Below, in pieces: positions 23,801 through 38,800 of a stretch of 64,000 nucleotides of DNA. The number at the start of each line of letters is the position of its first letter. Within the stretch, counting starts at the first letter, position 1. The DNA comes from Lama glama (taxonomy: Eukaryota), in assembly GCA_028534125.1 (NCBI GenBank), contig CM052817.1, forward strand, positions 36,396,001-36,460,000. The letters run 5' to 3'. The position numbers were made by a program, and so were the translations under genes. The notes beneath the pieces were generated by a model. That model was not told where the DNA came from and did no database searches. It saw nothing but the letters and a program-made list of their open reading frames with translations.

Positions 23801-26800
23801 ATGTTGTGTGGGAGTAATGCAACTACTAGAAAAGAAGCAGAAGGGTGGCTAGGTAGAAAGCAGAATAAACTCAGTGAGTGACTCACAGGCATAATCTGGT
23901 AATAAAAGCTATCAGCCGTGGCTTATAAATCAAGCTCCAAGACTCTTCAGGAAATATGAAAATCTAAAGACTACCACTAAGAACATAATAGTAACTAAAA
24001 CTGGATTGAGGAAGAGAAGGAAGAAGGAGAGAAAGAACAATTACTAGATAATTTCAGTATTGCTGATAATAGAACAATGAATATTATATAAAGAGTATGA
24101 GGACTCAGACATTATATAATAATAAGAAACACAATTAAACTTAAATTTAAATGTCACGATTAACACATCAAATTGGAAAAGATCACAAAGCTTAGTTAAC
24201 ACTACATTGGTGAGAGTGTATGAAAGAGGCATTTCATACATTGCTAGAATTAACATAAATTGATGCAACCTCTATGTACAGTAATTTGGCAACATTTAAT
24301 TATTAAAGAAAAAAGATTAAGCATCATTCTACCTATGGATATGGAAGCAACCTAAGTGTCCATCAGCAGATGAATGGAAAAGAAGATATAGTATATCCAA
24401 ACAATGCAATACTACTCAGCCATGAAAAAGAAAATTTTGCCATTTGCAGCAACATGGATGGATTTGGAGGGCTTCATGCTAAATGCAGTTATGTGAGACA
24501 GAGAAAGACAAATACTGTATGATATCACTAATATATGGAATCTAAAATATAACACACTAGTGAATAAAACAAAAAAGCAGCAAACTCACAGATATAGAGA
24601 ACAAACTAGTGGTTACCAGTGGGAAGAGGGAAGCAGGGAGGAGCAATACAGGGGTAGGAAAGTAAGAGGTACAAATTATTAGGTATAAAATAAGCTAGAA
24701 GGATATATTTTACAACATGGGGATATAGCCAATATTTTATAACAACTATAAATGAAGTATAAAATTAAAAAATTGTGAATCACTATATTATACATCTGTA
24801 ATTTACATAATATTGTACAGCAACTATACTTCAATTTAAAAAAAAAAAGAGTTTGATGGGAAACATTACCATGGAAGAACCAAGTGGTCACCACCTGAAC
24901 CCACTGATGATCTCAGCATGAACAAATGTGAAACAACCAGACATAATGCACTGAGTATGGAGAGGTGAAAAGAAGTTGGGCCTGGGATTTGCTTTACGTA
25001 CTTTAACAAAAATTACAACAAATACAAAAACAACAAAAATGACAGATGAAGAAAGTATGGCAAAATGTCAATGACTTATAACGCTTTGTGCTGGGGTTCA
25101 ATATACCATTATCTCTATTTTGTATATGTATGAAAATTTTGCATAATAAAAAGTAAGACATACATACCAGCATTTTTATATGGGAATCAGCTTGTAATAA
25201 TCTAATTTTGGAGAGCAAATTAAAGATAAATGGATAATCACTGAAAATAGTGGGACTGAGGTTTTCTTCAAACATCTAAAAATTAAAAAGAGGTAACAGT
25301 TTTGATAATCAAAAGAAAAAAATACTTCATTCCTTTATCTCATCACCTTAAATTATTTCCCTCCATAGTTTTTAGAATCTGCTTTTAAGAATACAAATTA
25401 CCTAGAAACAAATTCCTAAGAAAATCCATTTGTTCTGCGACTGAAAGATGTTTCAGTTTTGTGCTTTAGCAAATTAAGCATTGCAGTGAGAAAATTTTCA
25501 AATCTTAATTTATCAAAGAGACACCTACATAGCTACTAATGTGTCTCCCTTGAAAGTATGAAAAATTTCAGAAAGTAGAAATGTTATTCTTACCAGGTTG
25601 TTATTCCTAAAGATCACTCTTGTTCTCTCTTGATAAAAGTTCAAACAAGCGGAGAGTTCACTTATGTTGAAAGCATTTTCTGATAGTCGACAGTTAGCTT
25701 TGTTTACCTTAAAGATAATAGGACCTGTGAATTTTATTTTCTATCAATAAATGATTTAATCTATTTATATATGGCTAGTATATAGATAATTAGAATAAAC
25801 CTCTATAAACCCAATGCATTTGTCAACGATGAAGTAGAGTTCTATAAAACTTCCATGTTTTGATCTGTAATGTCTCCAGTTTTCATACATATTGTAAAAT
25901 GTATAAAATGTTTACAGCAGACATTAGTAAACCAATTCTTAGGGCACAGTTTCACTGGAAACAGTTTCTAGATCTTGAGAATAAAAGCAGCCAAAAAAAA
26001 AAAATCCAATGTACTTTCAACAAATTCAAGCCTTTCTCTGTGAATTAGTGAATATTAATTTAGCACACACTATTTGTCAGGCATGAGACAAAGCATAAGC
26101 TGAAAACTGTCCTGGCTTACACATAGGTTACTGTCTAGTAGAGCAGTCAGCAAACTCTTTCTTAAATCCAGGTGGTAAATATTTTGAGCTTGGGACTATA
26201 TAGTTTCTAGTGCAAATATTCAACCCTTCCATGGCTATAGCACAAAACAGCCACAGACAGTATGTAGATAAGTGAGTGTGGATGTGTCCCAATAAAACTT
26301 TATTTGTAAAAACAAGAGGCTGTCCATGGGCACAGATTGCCAACCCATGGTCTAGTAGGTAAAAACAGCAAGTAATTAGGCACACAGGATACAGTTTTGA
26401 TTGTAGAAGGACTTAACAGGGTTCAAGAAGGCTTCCCAGAAGAAGCAATGCTGGAAAAGCAATGATCTAAGTAAGCCTCCATCACATCCAATTAATCTAA
26501 ATTAATCCAAGAGTTAGAAACCAGGAAAAAAGAAATCTAAGAACTTAAATTAAGGAAATAAAAAGCAGACATACAGGATAGAAGATCAACAAATTAAAAG
26601 GTTGCATCTTATGGAAAAAGACCCCACAACTTCCTTGTAAGACTAATCTAGGAAAAAAGGTAAATAACCAATATCAGGAATGAAAAATGTGATGAAACTA
26701 CAGATTGTGATGCATATTTTTTCCTAATGAAAGGAGTCTATTACCCAACATCTTTTTAAGCCCTATACACTTTCTTATTTTTTAAATCCCCAATTATTTT

Positions 26801-29800
26801 TATGTCAAACATTTCCCTTTTATAGATTACTTTGAAAAATATTTGACTCCTCATGATTCTTATTTGCCTTCTTAAAACTCTGGCCATTCACAATAGCATC
26901 AAAAACAATAAAATACTTAGGAAAAACTTTTAGCCAGGAAGATGAAAGATCTATACTTTGAAAGATCATGATAAAAGAAATTGAAGAAAACACAAAGAAA
27001 TGAAAAGATATCCCATGTTCATAGATTGGAAAAATATTGTTAAATGTTCATACTACCTAAAGTTGTCTGTAGACTCAATGTAATCCCTCTTAAAATTCCA
27101 ATGACACTTTTCACGAAATAGAAAAAACAATTCTAAAATTTGTATGGAACAACAAAAGGCCTTGAATAGTCAAATCAATTCTGAAAAGAAGAACAAAATT
27201 GGAAGTATCACACGTCCTGATTTACAACTATACTACAAAGCTACAGTAATCAAAACAGTACAAGGTACTGGCATAAAAACAGACACATAGACTAATGGAA
27301 CAGAAACAGAGCCCAGAATGAAACCTTCACATATTTGGTCAATTTATATTTGACAGTGGAGCCAAGAATAATCATTGGGGAAAGAATAATCTCTTCAATA
27401 AATGCAGTTGGGATGACTGAATAACCACATGCAGAAGAATGAAACTGAACCCCAATCTTACACCACTCAAAAAAATTAACTTGAAATGGATTAATGAATT
27501 AAACAGAAGACCTAAATCGTAAAACTCTTAGAAGAAAACATCAGGGAAAAGCTCCTTGACATTGGTCTTGGGAATGATTTTTTTTGGATATGACACCAAA
27601 AGCACAAGCAACAAGAGTAATAATAAATAAATGAAATTACATCAAGCTGAAAAGCTTCTGCATAGCAAGAAATAACCAACAAAATGAAACCGCAATCTAT
27701 GGAATGAGAGAAAGTATTTGCAAACCATATATCTGATAAGGAATTAATATCCAAAATATATACAGATGTCATATAATGGAGCAAAAAAAAAAAAAAAGTC
27801 AAACAATCCCATTTAAAAATGGGCAGAGGAACTGGACAGATACTGTTCCAAAGAAGTCATACAGATGGCCAACAGGTACGTGAAAAGTTGCTCAACATCA
27901 CTAATGATCAAGGAAATGCAAATCAACACCACAATGCAATATTGCTTCATACCTGTTAGAAAGGCTGTCATCAAAAAGAACACAAACAATGTTGGCAAGG
28001 ATGTGGAAAAAAAGGAAACTTTATGCACTGTTAGTGAGAATGTAAATTGGTGTAGCTACCATGGAAAACAGTATGGAGATTCCTAAAAGATTAAAAATAG
28101 AACCACCATATGATCCAGTAATCCCACTTCTAGGTATATATCCATGATATGAAATAACTCTCTCAAAGAGATATCTGCAGTCCCATGTTCATTGCAGCAT
28201 TATTTTAGGACAGCCAAGACACAGAAACAACCTAAATGTTCATGGACAGATGAATGGATAAAGAAGATGTAGTATATATATAATGGAATATTATTCAGCC
28301 ATGAGAAACATAGAAATTCTGCCATTTATGACAGCATGGACAGACCATGAGGACATTATGCTAAGTGAAATAAGTCAGACAGAGAAAGACAAATATAGTA
28401 TGATACCACTTATATGTGGAATCTAAAAAAGACAAACTTATAGAACAGAGTAGAATGGAAGTTTCCAGAAGCTGGGGGGTGGGGGAAATAGAGAGATATT
28501 GGTCAAACTTCTAGTTATAAGATGAATAAGTTCTGGGGAGTCTAATGTTTAGCATGGTGATTATAATTAACAACACTATACTACACAGTTGAAAGTTGCT
28601 AAGAGAGTAGATATGAAGTGTTCTGACAATAAAGAAATGGAAATTATGGGACGTGATGGAGGTATCAGCTAGAGCTATGGTGGTAATCATTTTATAATAA
28701 ATAAGCGTTTTGTAATATGTAAGTGTATCAAATCAACACACTGTACACCTTAAACTTACACAATGTTCTATGTCAATTATAATCTCAATAAAGATGAGGG
28801 GAAGATATATACTACTTTAGAAATATCAGTGCATTATTACTTCTGAAAAGCACTAACTTTTATACATAATATTTTCTCCTATTGAAATTGATATTTTATG
28901 ATGAAATTTGCTTTGATTGTCAATTTAACAATTTATATTATAAAAGCATCTTATTTTAGCTAATTGTCTTTCCCTTGAACAGTATCAGTTTAATTCTGTT
29001 ATTTTATTTTAAATGCTTTGTCTCTTCGCTACCCCCCAATAATCATTAGATTTATTAGTAGCCTAACTTTAGGTTACTTCTGGATTGTGTTATGTACCCT
29101 AATGAAAATGCTGAATCATTCTCATATCTGAGTATCTGTGCCTCTAATATATTATATATCCTCCAGAGTCTATCCATTTAGCAAAACAAGCAAAATCCTG
29201 AATTATTAAGGGCTAAATAAAATATTATCCTTCTATTGTGGAAAATAAAACAAAATAAGGCTCCAACTGGCTAAGAACTAAGGAATCTTGATTTAGTAAA
29301 ATGGTATATATATTCCTTTAGATAAACCCTTACCTTATACACTTCTTTCATCATTTCTAGAAGAACTTTAACATTGTTGTGACTCTGAATGGTTTCAGTC
29401 CAATGATACATTTGAGAGACAACGGCAGTTTTAAGCATCTGGACCAGTGTGTTGAGAGAGGATTCTTGCAAAGATGCCCAACACTGCTCTGAGGATGGTA
29501 AAATCAGCCATGATAAATATGCACCTCCCAAAAAACTCCCTCAGCTTTTACTAAGTTCTTTAATGTAAGAAAGAGATCATATTTCCCAGTTCTGATGGCA
29601 TAACCCATAACATATTTTTTCTAAAGATAACATCCTGGGCAACATTGACTACTCACAGGTATGGAAAAAAGAAATGTTTTTCCTGATTAAGTATCATTGG
29701 AATTAAAAGCTCAAATTGAGGTTTCTGAAGGAACTTGTTGATCATCCATATTTGTGTTTGATTACTTGATTAATTTCATGATTTTCAAACTGAAAATTCC

Positions 29801-32800
29801 ATAGGGTATCTATAAGGTCTGAAAACATACATTGAGTGAATGTACACATACATACAAGACATATAATGGCATCAAGGATATTTTCAATCTGTAAAAAGCA
29901 AAATAATATTATATATGTTTTTAGACTTTATGAATGCCTGGTATAAATGGACATATTTTTAATTAGCTCAATAACAATATTTTAATATCACTGAGATTAC
30001 AAACTGAGTTTTTGTCCTTTAAAAGACAATTCTCAGGAAACAAACATATCAGATGTTAAAATATATTTTCAAGCTAATATAATTAAAATAGTATGACTCA
30101 GATGCATGAAAAGTAGATTAACATATAAGAGGCTTCATAAATGGACCCAAATACACATGACTCTAGTATATGATGAAGGTGGCATTGTATATTAGTGGAT
30201 AGTGAAATAGATTATTTAATAAATGTGTGACAGTTGGAAACTGATCCAGGGAAAAATGAAGGTTAATCAGGATAAACTCCATAGAGATCAAAGACTTAAA
30301 CATAAAAACAAAATGATAAAAGTTTTAGTAGGAGCATGGGAAATTTTTAAATTTCAGCATGAGGAAAACTTTCTGAGGTATGACCCAAACTTAGAAATCA
30401 TAAAAGAAAATGTTAATATAGTAGGCTGCCTAAGAATGTTTATAAATAATTATGCATGGCAATAGTGCCACAAAGTAAAAAAAATTTTAATAACCTAAAG
30501 GAAAGAAATTGCAACTCATATTATTGATAAAGAACTAATTGTCTTAGTAGATTCAAAGTTCCTAAATAAAAAAGAAAAATACCAACAACAAATGGAAAAA
30601 TGGACTGAGACATAGGAAAAACAGCACAACTTCACTCATAATGAGAAAACTGAAATTCAGACTAAGAAAGTCTTCTTTTTGAAATGGTAAAAGACCAAAC
30701 CTTGGTTAACACTATGGAAAAGTGTGTGGGTCGATGCCTCTCATATTTGTTGATGAAGTGTAAACTGGTACATCTTTTGTCAGGGCTGCCATGTTGCCCA
30801 ATTTCCAAGGATGACAATGTGAATGGTGACTACTTAAAGTTGGGCAACATGGTGGCCCTGACTTCTGTCATTTGGCAAAATCTTTCAAAATTTAAAATGC
30901 AATTACAATTTGACCCAGTAATTGTGCTTTCTGGAAACTTCTCTGCCTGTGTAAATTTATATATATACACGAAGAAATGAATGTTAGAACTGTTAAAATA
31001 GCAAAAATTTAGAAACAACTATTCATGTATATTCTCCCAAAGGAATACTATTCAGCCATTAAACAGAAGAAGGAAGTTCTACAGATTCTGTAACATAACG
31101 ATCTCCATGATATAAGTGTTTAGTGAAAAAAAGCAAGTTGCCAAAGAATGTGAATGGTATGCTATCATTTAAAAAAAGAATACATTTCTGTATGTTTTTA
31201 TACAGAGAGAATGTCTTTCAAAGGTTACACAAGAAACTCTATTCTGTAACTGCTTTCTGGGAGGGGAACTGGGTGGCTTAAATTTCACTGTATATTTTCA
31301 CCTTTGTACCTTTTAAAGCTTTGGACCTTCAATAATAGCTCAAAGTTATAGAAGGACATCCCACAGTATTGAATAAAATAAAAAACAAGAAGGCAAAGTT
31401 AAACATTTCCCCCTCACCTCTGGTCAAAACATCTTAAGTTTTAAAACAATATAAACAAAAAGTTTTAAAGTATGGATTTATCTTGACTGGATACTCTTTG
31501 GTTATTAAGCTCTGATGTCGAAGCCATGTCCAAGTCAAGACTTACATATGCTTTGTAATGATAAGAATAATGATTATAACAGCTTTGAAACCAAGCAGGA
31601 CCCTGTGGGGCCCTCCTGGGTACCAAAGCCGTTCCCTGTCCCCCAGTTCTTGTTTGCAGGGAAAAGGCTTCAGCCTCTAGACCTTCCCTGCGTTCCAAAG
31701 GGCAGACTCAAACAGTTACTAATTAGGGAAGTGAGAAAATGCAGGAACAAAGCAAAGGCAGTTAAGAAAAAATAGCGCAGCAATGGCGCAGGGTCCTGGT
31801 TCCTCCTCAAGGGATTTATGTAACAATCTGACACAAGTCTCAGGAAATAAGACCCCCACGCAGGTGGAGGATGGTAACTTTGGGCTGAGCACAAGCACTT
31901 GGACCCCAGACTGGTCACAACCAGAAAGCTGATGATTGAGATTCCTGGAATACCACCCTGTTAAAGGCAAATACAAATTTGCCTTTAAAAACTCTTCCCT
32001 GAAATCCATCAGGGAGTTCGGGTCTTTTGAGCATAAGTCACCCATTCTCCTTGCTTGGCCCTTGCAATAAACAGTTCTCTGCTCCAAACTCTGATGTTTC
32101 GGTTTTTTTGGCCTCACTGTGTGTCAGGCACACAAACTTGGATTTGACAATTTTAGGTTAATCTTTTCAATAATGCACATACCACATACTCAAACATCTG
32201 TGTGGTATTTTGAAATCTTCTATCTAAAATTTGCTACAGATTCTGCTTCAGACAGTGACTTTCTATTGAGAGTGCAGAAAACGTGACACAAAAGCAATCA
32301 AACTTACTCAGGACTTGTAAAGGCTGGCCCATCATGATATAAACAGTCTCTGCAAATGGAACCACCAGAGTCATCCAGTTTCTCGGATCATGCATCACAG
32401 GACACTCTGGGAGCAGAAGGAAAACTGATAATGCTTCTTCGTGTGGAGAACGAGATGCAAGAGCTCTGAGCAGATTATCCTTGAGATATGTAGTTATCTG
32501 TGGTTGAAACAGTATCAGGGAAAGACCCAGAGTAATGTAAGAAACAAGCTATTGGACCAGAGGTTTCATTCCACCATGTTCCAAATGAAATAATCATTTA
32601 GTTTTCCTGACACCTTCTGTTCAAACTCCATCATCCCTCGTATCTCAAATGCCCCTGAAGCCATAAGTGAGAACTATCATCCCTATTTTATATTGGGGTG
32701 AATGAAGGGAAAAAAAGTGAAATCAGATGCATGGACATACTGAATAAAATCGTGAAGGCTGCTCGATTAGAAGGCATCCATACCCAGCTCTATCTGACCT

Positions 32801-35800
32801 AAAATCCACTGTGGCAGAGAAAATGCCACCTGTTCACCTCACCAATGCTGTCAATCCTCCTGGGCTCACAGGAAGATGGTGTTTCTGGCTATGGAATGTG
32901 AGTGAAGGTGATGGATGCCCCTTCCATATTCTCTTTCCTCATCTGCCAGCCAAACACAAAAGATCTTGTGGAGAATTTCATGGCCCTGGGGCCTAGAACT
33001 CCAGAGAGAAGGAGCATGAGTCACCCCTGGATGAATCTGGGCAATAGTGGGAAGGGTAGTAGAATCTGCCACCCCCAAAATATGCTGCTCTGACACTTGG
33101 ATTATTCTGAGCTGAAGGCAAGTGAGAAAAAGGCCGACATAGAACAAGCTCTTTGGCCTCCCTCATCCACCTGAAAGTAGAACATAAATTCCCCTTGTGA
33201 AGGTGCCCTCCTGTCCCCAACTTCCTGTACCTGGAAGGGCATAGCAACACCCTTATAAGCTGAAATGAGCTGGCACTGAGTAAGACTCTACATGACAAAC
33301 CTGCCTAATTAGCCCTTCTCTACCGTTACTTTCTTCCCATAGTTTGCCACCCAAAAGCTCAAAGTCCTTTTCCTCTGGCCTCTCACTTCTCTACAAAATT
33401 ATTGTTCTTTGCTGAGATGTTATAGAAGCCCAAATTCTAGCCACTCCTTTAAAGTACTCACCTCTGAGCACTTCTGTGTATTTGTGGGATGCACCTATTA
33501 ATAAACTTGTTTGTTTTTCTCTTGTGAAGCTGCCTTTTCTCTGTGTTTTTGCAGGGCCTCAGCCAATGAAACTAAGATGAGAGGAAAAATATTTTTTTTC
33601 CTTCCCTACAAGTGCCTCCTATCTCATCCCTCATTGGACTATGGTGCGAGAAAAAAACTTCATTGGGTTAATAAGCCATGGAGATTTGGATGTTGTTAGT
33701 TACAACAGCTTATGTTGGAGGAGGTAATCAAGAGGATGTGATTGCCCACTAACCCTCACACTGGACTTGGGCGATCAAAGGCTCCTCACCCACTCCCCTG
33801 TGTTTGGAATGTACCGTCTGTCCACTGTTCCCACCATGGGAGCTGTTCCAAGGATGCAGCCTTGAGAGAGTAAGCTGTTGCTGAGACCATCTGGACAGTA
33901 TACGTGACTGAACCCAGCAGTTAATGCCACTATATAAACTTCAAGATTCTGGCGGGTGGATGCAGAGATCTACTCATCTTGTGGCCACCCAAGACAAGCC
34001 TCGTAAGTAAGCTCCCTTGCTTATCAAAACTGCCACCTTCTAATCTGGAGTAGCCTGCCTCTTTCTTCAATCTTCCCTTGTCCTCTGAGCACAGGGGCTG
34101 AAGGAGAAATAATAAAATGGCCACACTTAGGCTAACAAATTCGTGGCTTTATGCTTACTGCTTGCTTTTAGAACAATCAACAAACCTGACTGCCCAGCCC
34201 CAGGCCCACCGATAAAGCAAAAGTTGTTGATACTACTGTTTGATTTTACCTTACTCTGATAATTACAATCATGTTTGGCGTTTGAGTCATTCCCCAGGAA
34301 GGGAGTCACAGGACGATCACCACAGGAGAATGACCAGACCCCCCAGAGTTCCTCTGTAGCACCGGATGAGTCTGACCAGATATAGAAGGTCATGGGTTGA
34401 TGACCTTCCATATCACCAGGAAGTCCCATGATATCAGACAGACTCATCAAGACTTAGGAGGAAGTTTCATCAGTGACCCTTGTTGATTACCTCCTTTTAT
34501 GCTCCCACCTGCTGTTATCACCTTTCATGCCTCAACCTGTTCATCTATATAGTTACTAAGCCCCAACCCCAAGACGGTTCATAGTTTTGAAGGCACCAGC
34601 CTGCTGTGAGTCCCCTTTGCCCGGCAAAGCAATAAAGCTGCCTCTTTTCTTCTAAGCCCTAAGACCTTGTCTCTGAGTTATTTGGCTCGTCAGGGACACC
34701 GGCCAATATTTCCTCAAGAGGGCCAGTTTTTGAACCAATGGCATATTAATTCTTTCTAACAGATCTTGGGTACTCTTAACTGTGAGTATCTACCTCAACA
34801 TGTCGTAAAGGTTAAGTAAGATGGTACATGCAACAATCAACCGGGAGTACTGGATATGACTATTATTACATTAAAGTTCTTACAATTTGTTTTTTCATAT
34901 GTCGACATCTGTGGAACGCTAGTAGGCGTAAATGAGAAAATAGTGTCACAGAGTCAGATAACTTTGAAAAAACTAGTGTCAAAAAAGCTAATTTCTTTTG
35001 GTGTGTGACATCATAGAATCTTTGATTTACTTTTATGCAACATGACTCCATAATGTTCCCAAAGCTGCTTAATCCTTTTTCATGGAGCATTCTGTGACAC
35101 TAATGTTTCTTAGGACTCAAACTAGGAATAGCACCTGAAGTCATCTCCCACATCCCCTAAATAGTTATTTTAAAAATATCCTTAATTTTGTTTGTTTGTT
35201 TGTTTGTTTGTTTGTTTGTGGGGTTTTTTGGGGGGAGGTGGAGGTAATTAGTTTTGGGGCTTTTTTAATGGTGGTACTGGGGATTGAACCCAGGACCTCC
35301 TGCATGCTAAACACGCACTCTACCACTGAGCTATACCTGCTCCAAATATAGTTGATAACACTTACTATTCTTACTTTTTTATGTTGAAAATAAAAACAGT
35401 TTCTATCGCATATTAAGGAACCCTCTCCCCCTTTCCCTTCCAAATGTAGGGACCTAAACGGTATGAAGGGGACTTTAAACTGGAGACATTTGAGATACAC
35501 CTGATGCACAAAGAAGCCTACCGAGCTCTCCTCATTTGACTGAAGGCAGAGCATGAAGCAGCTATAAATTCCCTCCTGAGTGGGCGGGCAAGCAAGCTTC
35601 ACGGCCAGGAAGACCATACATTTGCACTTGGATGAGAAATGACATAAACAAACTATCACAAGCTATCCTATCTTCCATTTGTCCCCCTAAAAGCCCATTT
35701 GTCTCCCTGAAAAGTCCATTTGTTTTCCCACAGAAGCCCTTCCTCCTCCTTCCCTAAAGTTGGTATATTAACCCTCATCCCTAGCTGCTCTGCATGAGTA

Positions 35801-38800
35801 AATTTTCTCCTGTTAATGTGTCTATTGTTAGCTGGTAGGTCCTCAAATATATGAACCTAAACTGGTAGAGGGGAAGTTCTCCTCCCAACACAACCCAGAA
35901 TCACAGAACATGAAATTAAAATGGACCTTAAAGGTAAACTCAATGTATAGGTTAAAAAAAACGTGGCTCAAGGAGAATAAGGGATGAATCAGTAGCAGAT
36001 TCATCTCAACTAGATTTGAGATTCATCTCAAAACAGAAAACGGGCTTTTCAGCCTCCTAGTCCAGATAAGGGTGCCCTGCTTCCCAAACTAGTGTTCTTT
36101 TCATAAGTTATACTTTTCAAGCACTGGCTTTCTCACATTGAAAAAAATACTGTACCTACTATATGTTCAAGAGTTCAGTAAGAATATAAATGCCAGTATC
36201 TAATATAGTAGCTGGTACACAGTAACCTCATAATAAACACTAGTCCCCTCCCCATCACAATTCCATTTCACTCCCTCCCAAGACAATGGAACTGCAATCA
36301 TATTGGTTCTTGTAAGGAAATTCTATCGCTCTATTTCTCAAGTACATATTCGTTATTACCAAGGAAGAAATCCATTCCTCTGTTGTTAATTTCTCGAAGG
36401 CATCTCTTGCCATTTGTAAGTCCACATCACCGGAAATCGTTTCCCTAGATTCTCTTTGGATGCAAGAAATGCAAACAAACAAAAAAAAAACAAAACAAAA
36501 ACACACACACATAAGCAGATGGAAAGGAATATTTCTAACTTCATATATCATTATGCATCATTTTATTTTACTACATATCAGATATAATCTTTTTCCTTAA
36601 AGCTTGCCTCCTTTTGAAATAATCAATTGGCACAAAAAATTTTTTAAATTTATATTCTCCGAAAAGAGAGTAGGTAACAATTTATTATCTCAAGTTTGGG
36701 CTGCAGCTTTAGCAAAAGTTTACATGCTGTATCTGAGAACTGAAACCATTTACCCTCACACTCAGCCTGCACACTGAGAGCTGAAACTCCCTAACCCCCA
36801 CACAATTTACCATCTATATTTACATGACTTAGGGATTCCACTGTTTCATTAGCATGACTTTACTATTCCAAGGCACTCTTGCCCAGGCAAATGCCTTGAT
36901 TGTTCATTATAGGAGCTTCCTGAAAAGATCCATTAACTCTTCCAAGGAAAGCAATCAACAGTTTACGCCCTTAAATTCTTTGAATTTCTTGCCTCAAAAT
37001 CCTTGCCTTGCTGTTTTCCTGTGTCTTGAATTGTGGAATCCTTCCCCAATCTTAATCAAGCTCCCAACCTCCCCTTCCCACATTGAAGCCCCTGCCTTAA
37101 TCTAAACCCATTTAAAAAAATTCAGACCTGGCCATTCCTCTCAGAAATACCAAGGCTTTGCCTAGGTGTGGTGTTTCCCTGCGTTGTGTTGGTAATATTT
37201 GAAGTGCCCGCCTTCTGTCAAGCAATTTTTTTCATAATGTACTATTAAGAAATATTTCATGCTTACTGGATTAACCAAACAATTGCAATACTAGGGCTAA
37301 AACATTTATGCAGGTACTAAAAGTATTGTAAATTTCCCTTTGAAATAAATTCTCCTTGCAGCCTTTGGCATTTTAAGATCAAATCTTGAGGTTTATCACT
37401 CCTGGGAAGGGGGCATGGACACTTTGACACTTTAGAAAGATAATATTTTTAGTGTAGAAATGATTCTCCTATGTAATGAGAATTAGTTTGTGGCTACAGT
37501 GGGGAAGAAAGAGGATACACTGAATGGTAGACTCCCCCCTTTCCAGTCTAGGAGGACATCAAGAAGAAGAAGACAAATGGGAGAGAAATCAGGCAGAGGT
37601 AAGCAGTGTCTTGGTTTTTCTTCTGCCCTTAGCCAGGATATGCAGAGATGAACAGGGGTGCCTTTTTGGACTTGAGAAAGACAACTGCCTGATGAGCTGC
37701 CAGGAGAAGACATAACATTCAGCCTCCCTGAGCTTCTCTGGTTCCCAGGTGCGGCTTTTGGACCCAACAGTTCCTTGAGTCTTCCTAAGAAGTGACTGAA
37801 GATGCAGCTGGTTTAAGAACCCAAGGGATTCCATACTGGAAAGAAATACCTGCAACAGGGGTTAAGCGAGTACCACCTAGTGGCCAGGGTGGGGTACAAG
37901 ATGTGTACAGCTATCTTCTAAACCAGCGAGCCAACTCAACTGGAAGCCAAGTCAACAAGGGAGGGACAGGACCCGAACTAGCAAAGTTGAACTGGGATGA
38001 TTTACACCAGCTGCAGTCAGACCTGCAGGGCACCAGCCTCCAGAGAAGACAGAGGGCAACCTAAGTGCCTCTTTATGCTGCTATCCCCCCCCCCGCCCTT
38101 AAATGCTACTAAATTAATTAAGCAAGGAGGCCATAACACTCTAATGCCGTGGTGGCCTACACAAGCAAACCAAAATCCAAGCCAGTACTTGCCTCAAAGT
38201 TACAAAATCAAAACCTAAGGGCAACTGGGGAAGGGTATAGCTCAGTGGTAGAGTGCACGAGGTCCTGGGTTCAATCCTCAGCACTGCCATTAAAGTAAAT
38301 AAATAAACCAAAAAAAATTTTTTTAAACCCCAAAAAACCTAAGGGTGACCAACCACAAACAGCCAATGAGTCTTCAAGCTACAGCCAATCAAATAATTTC
38401 CTTTCTTTTTTTCTGCACCTTCTCTATATGTCTCTCCGGAGCTCCTGCCAGTGGAACATTCAACCAACTTGATGCTACATGATTCCAATGCATGTTCACT
38501 CAAATAAACTCCTAAAATTTTTAATATGCCTCACTTTATCTTTTCACAGTTCCCAGGCACAGGAATGGGAGAGCAAAAAGGGAGGGGAAGAAACAAGACC
38601 AAACATTGAGCATTTCACAGAGGAACTGTTTAAACTACTGGATCAGACCAAGGGTCAAACCAAATAGGAGAGCAGTTAAGGTTTTCCTCTGTGGTAGTCA
38701 GGCTAGTTAAAGATAAAATAAATAGGATTTGCTTTCCTTACTGATTTCATCCTAAGAACTGCAAAGTACAGCCTTGGCCTTGCAGTACTAAAGCAATGTT

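Noticed and set aside
19194..31950. Scattered TTCNNNGAA (GAS) matches, e.g. ~20024, ~26433, 31942
   Set aside because: Isolated matches with six fixed bases are expected many times by chance in 64 kb.
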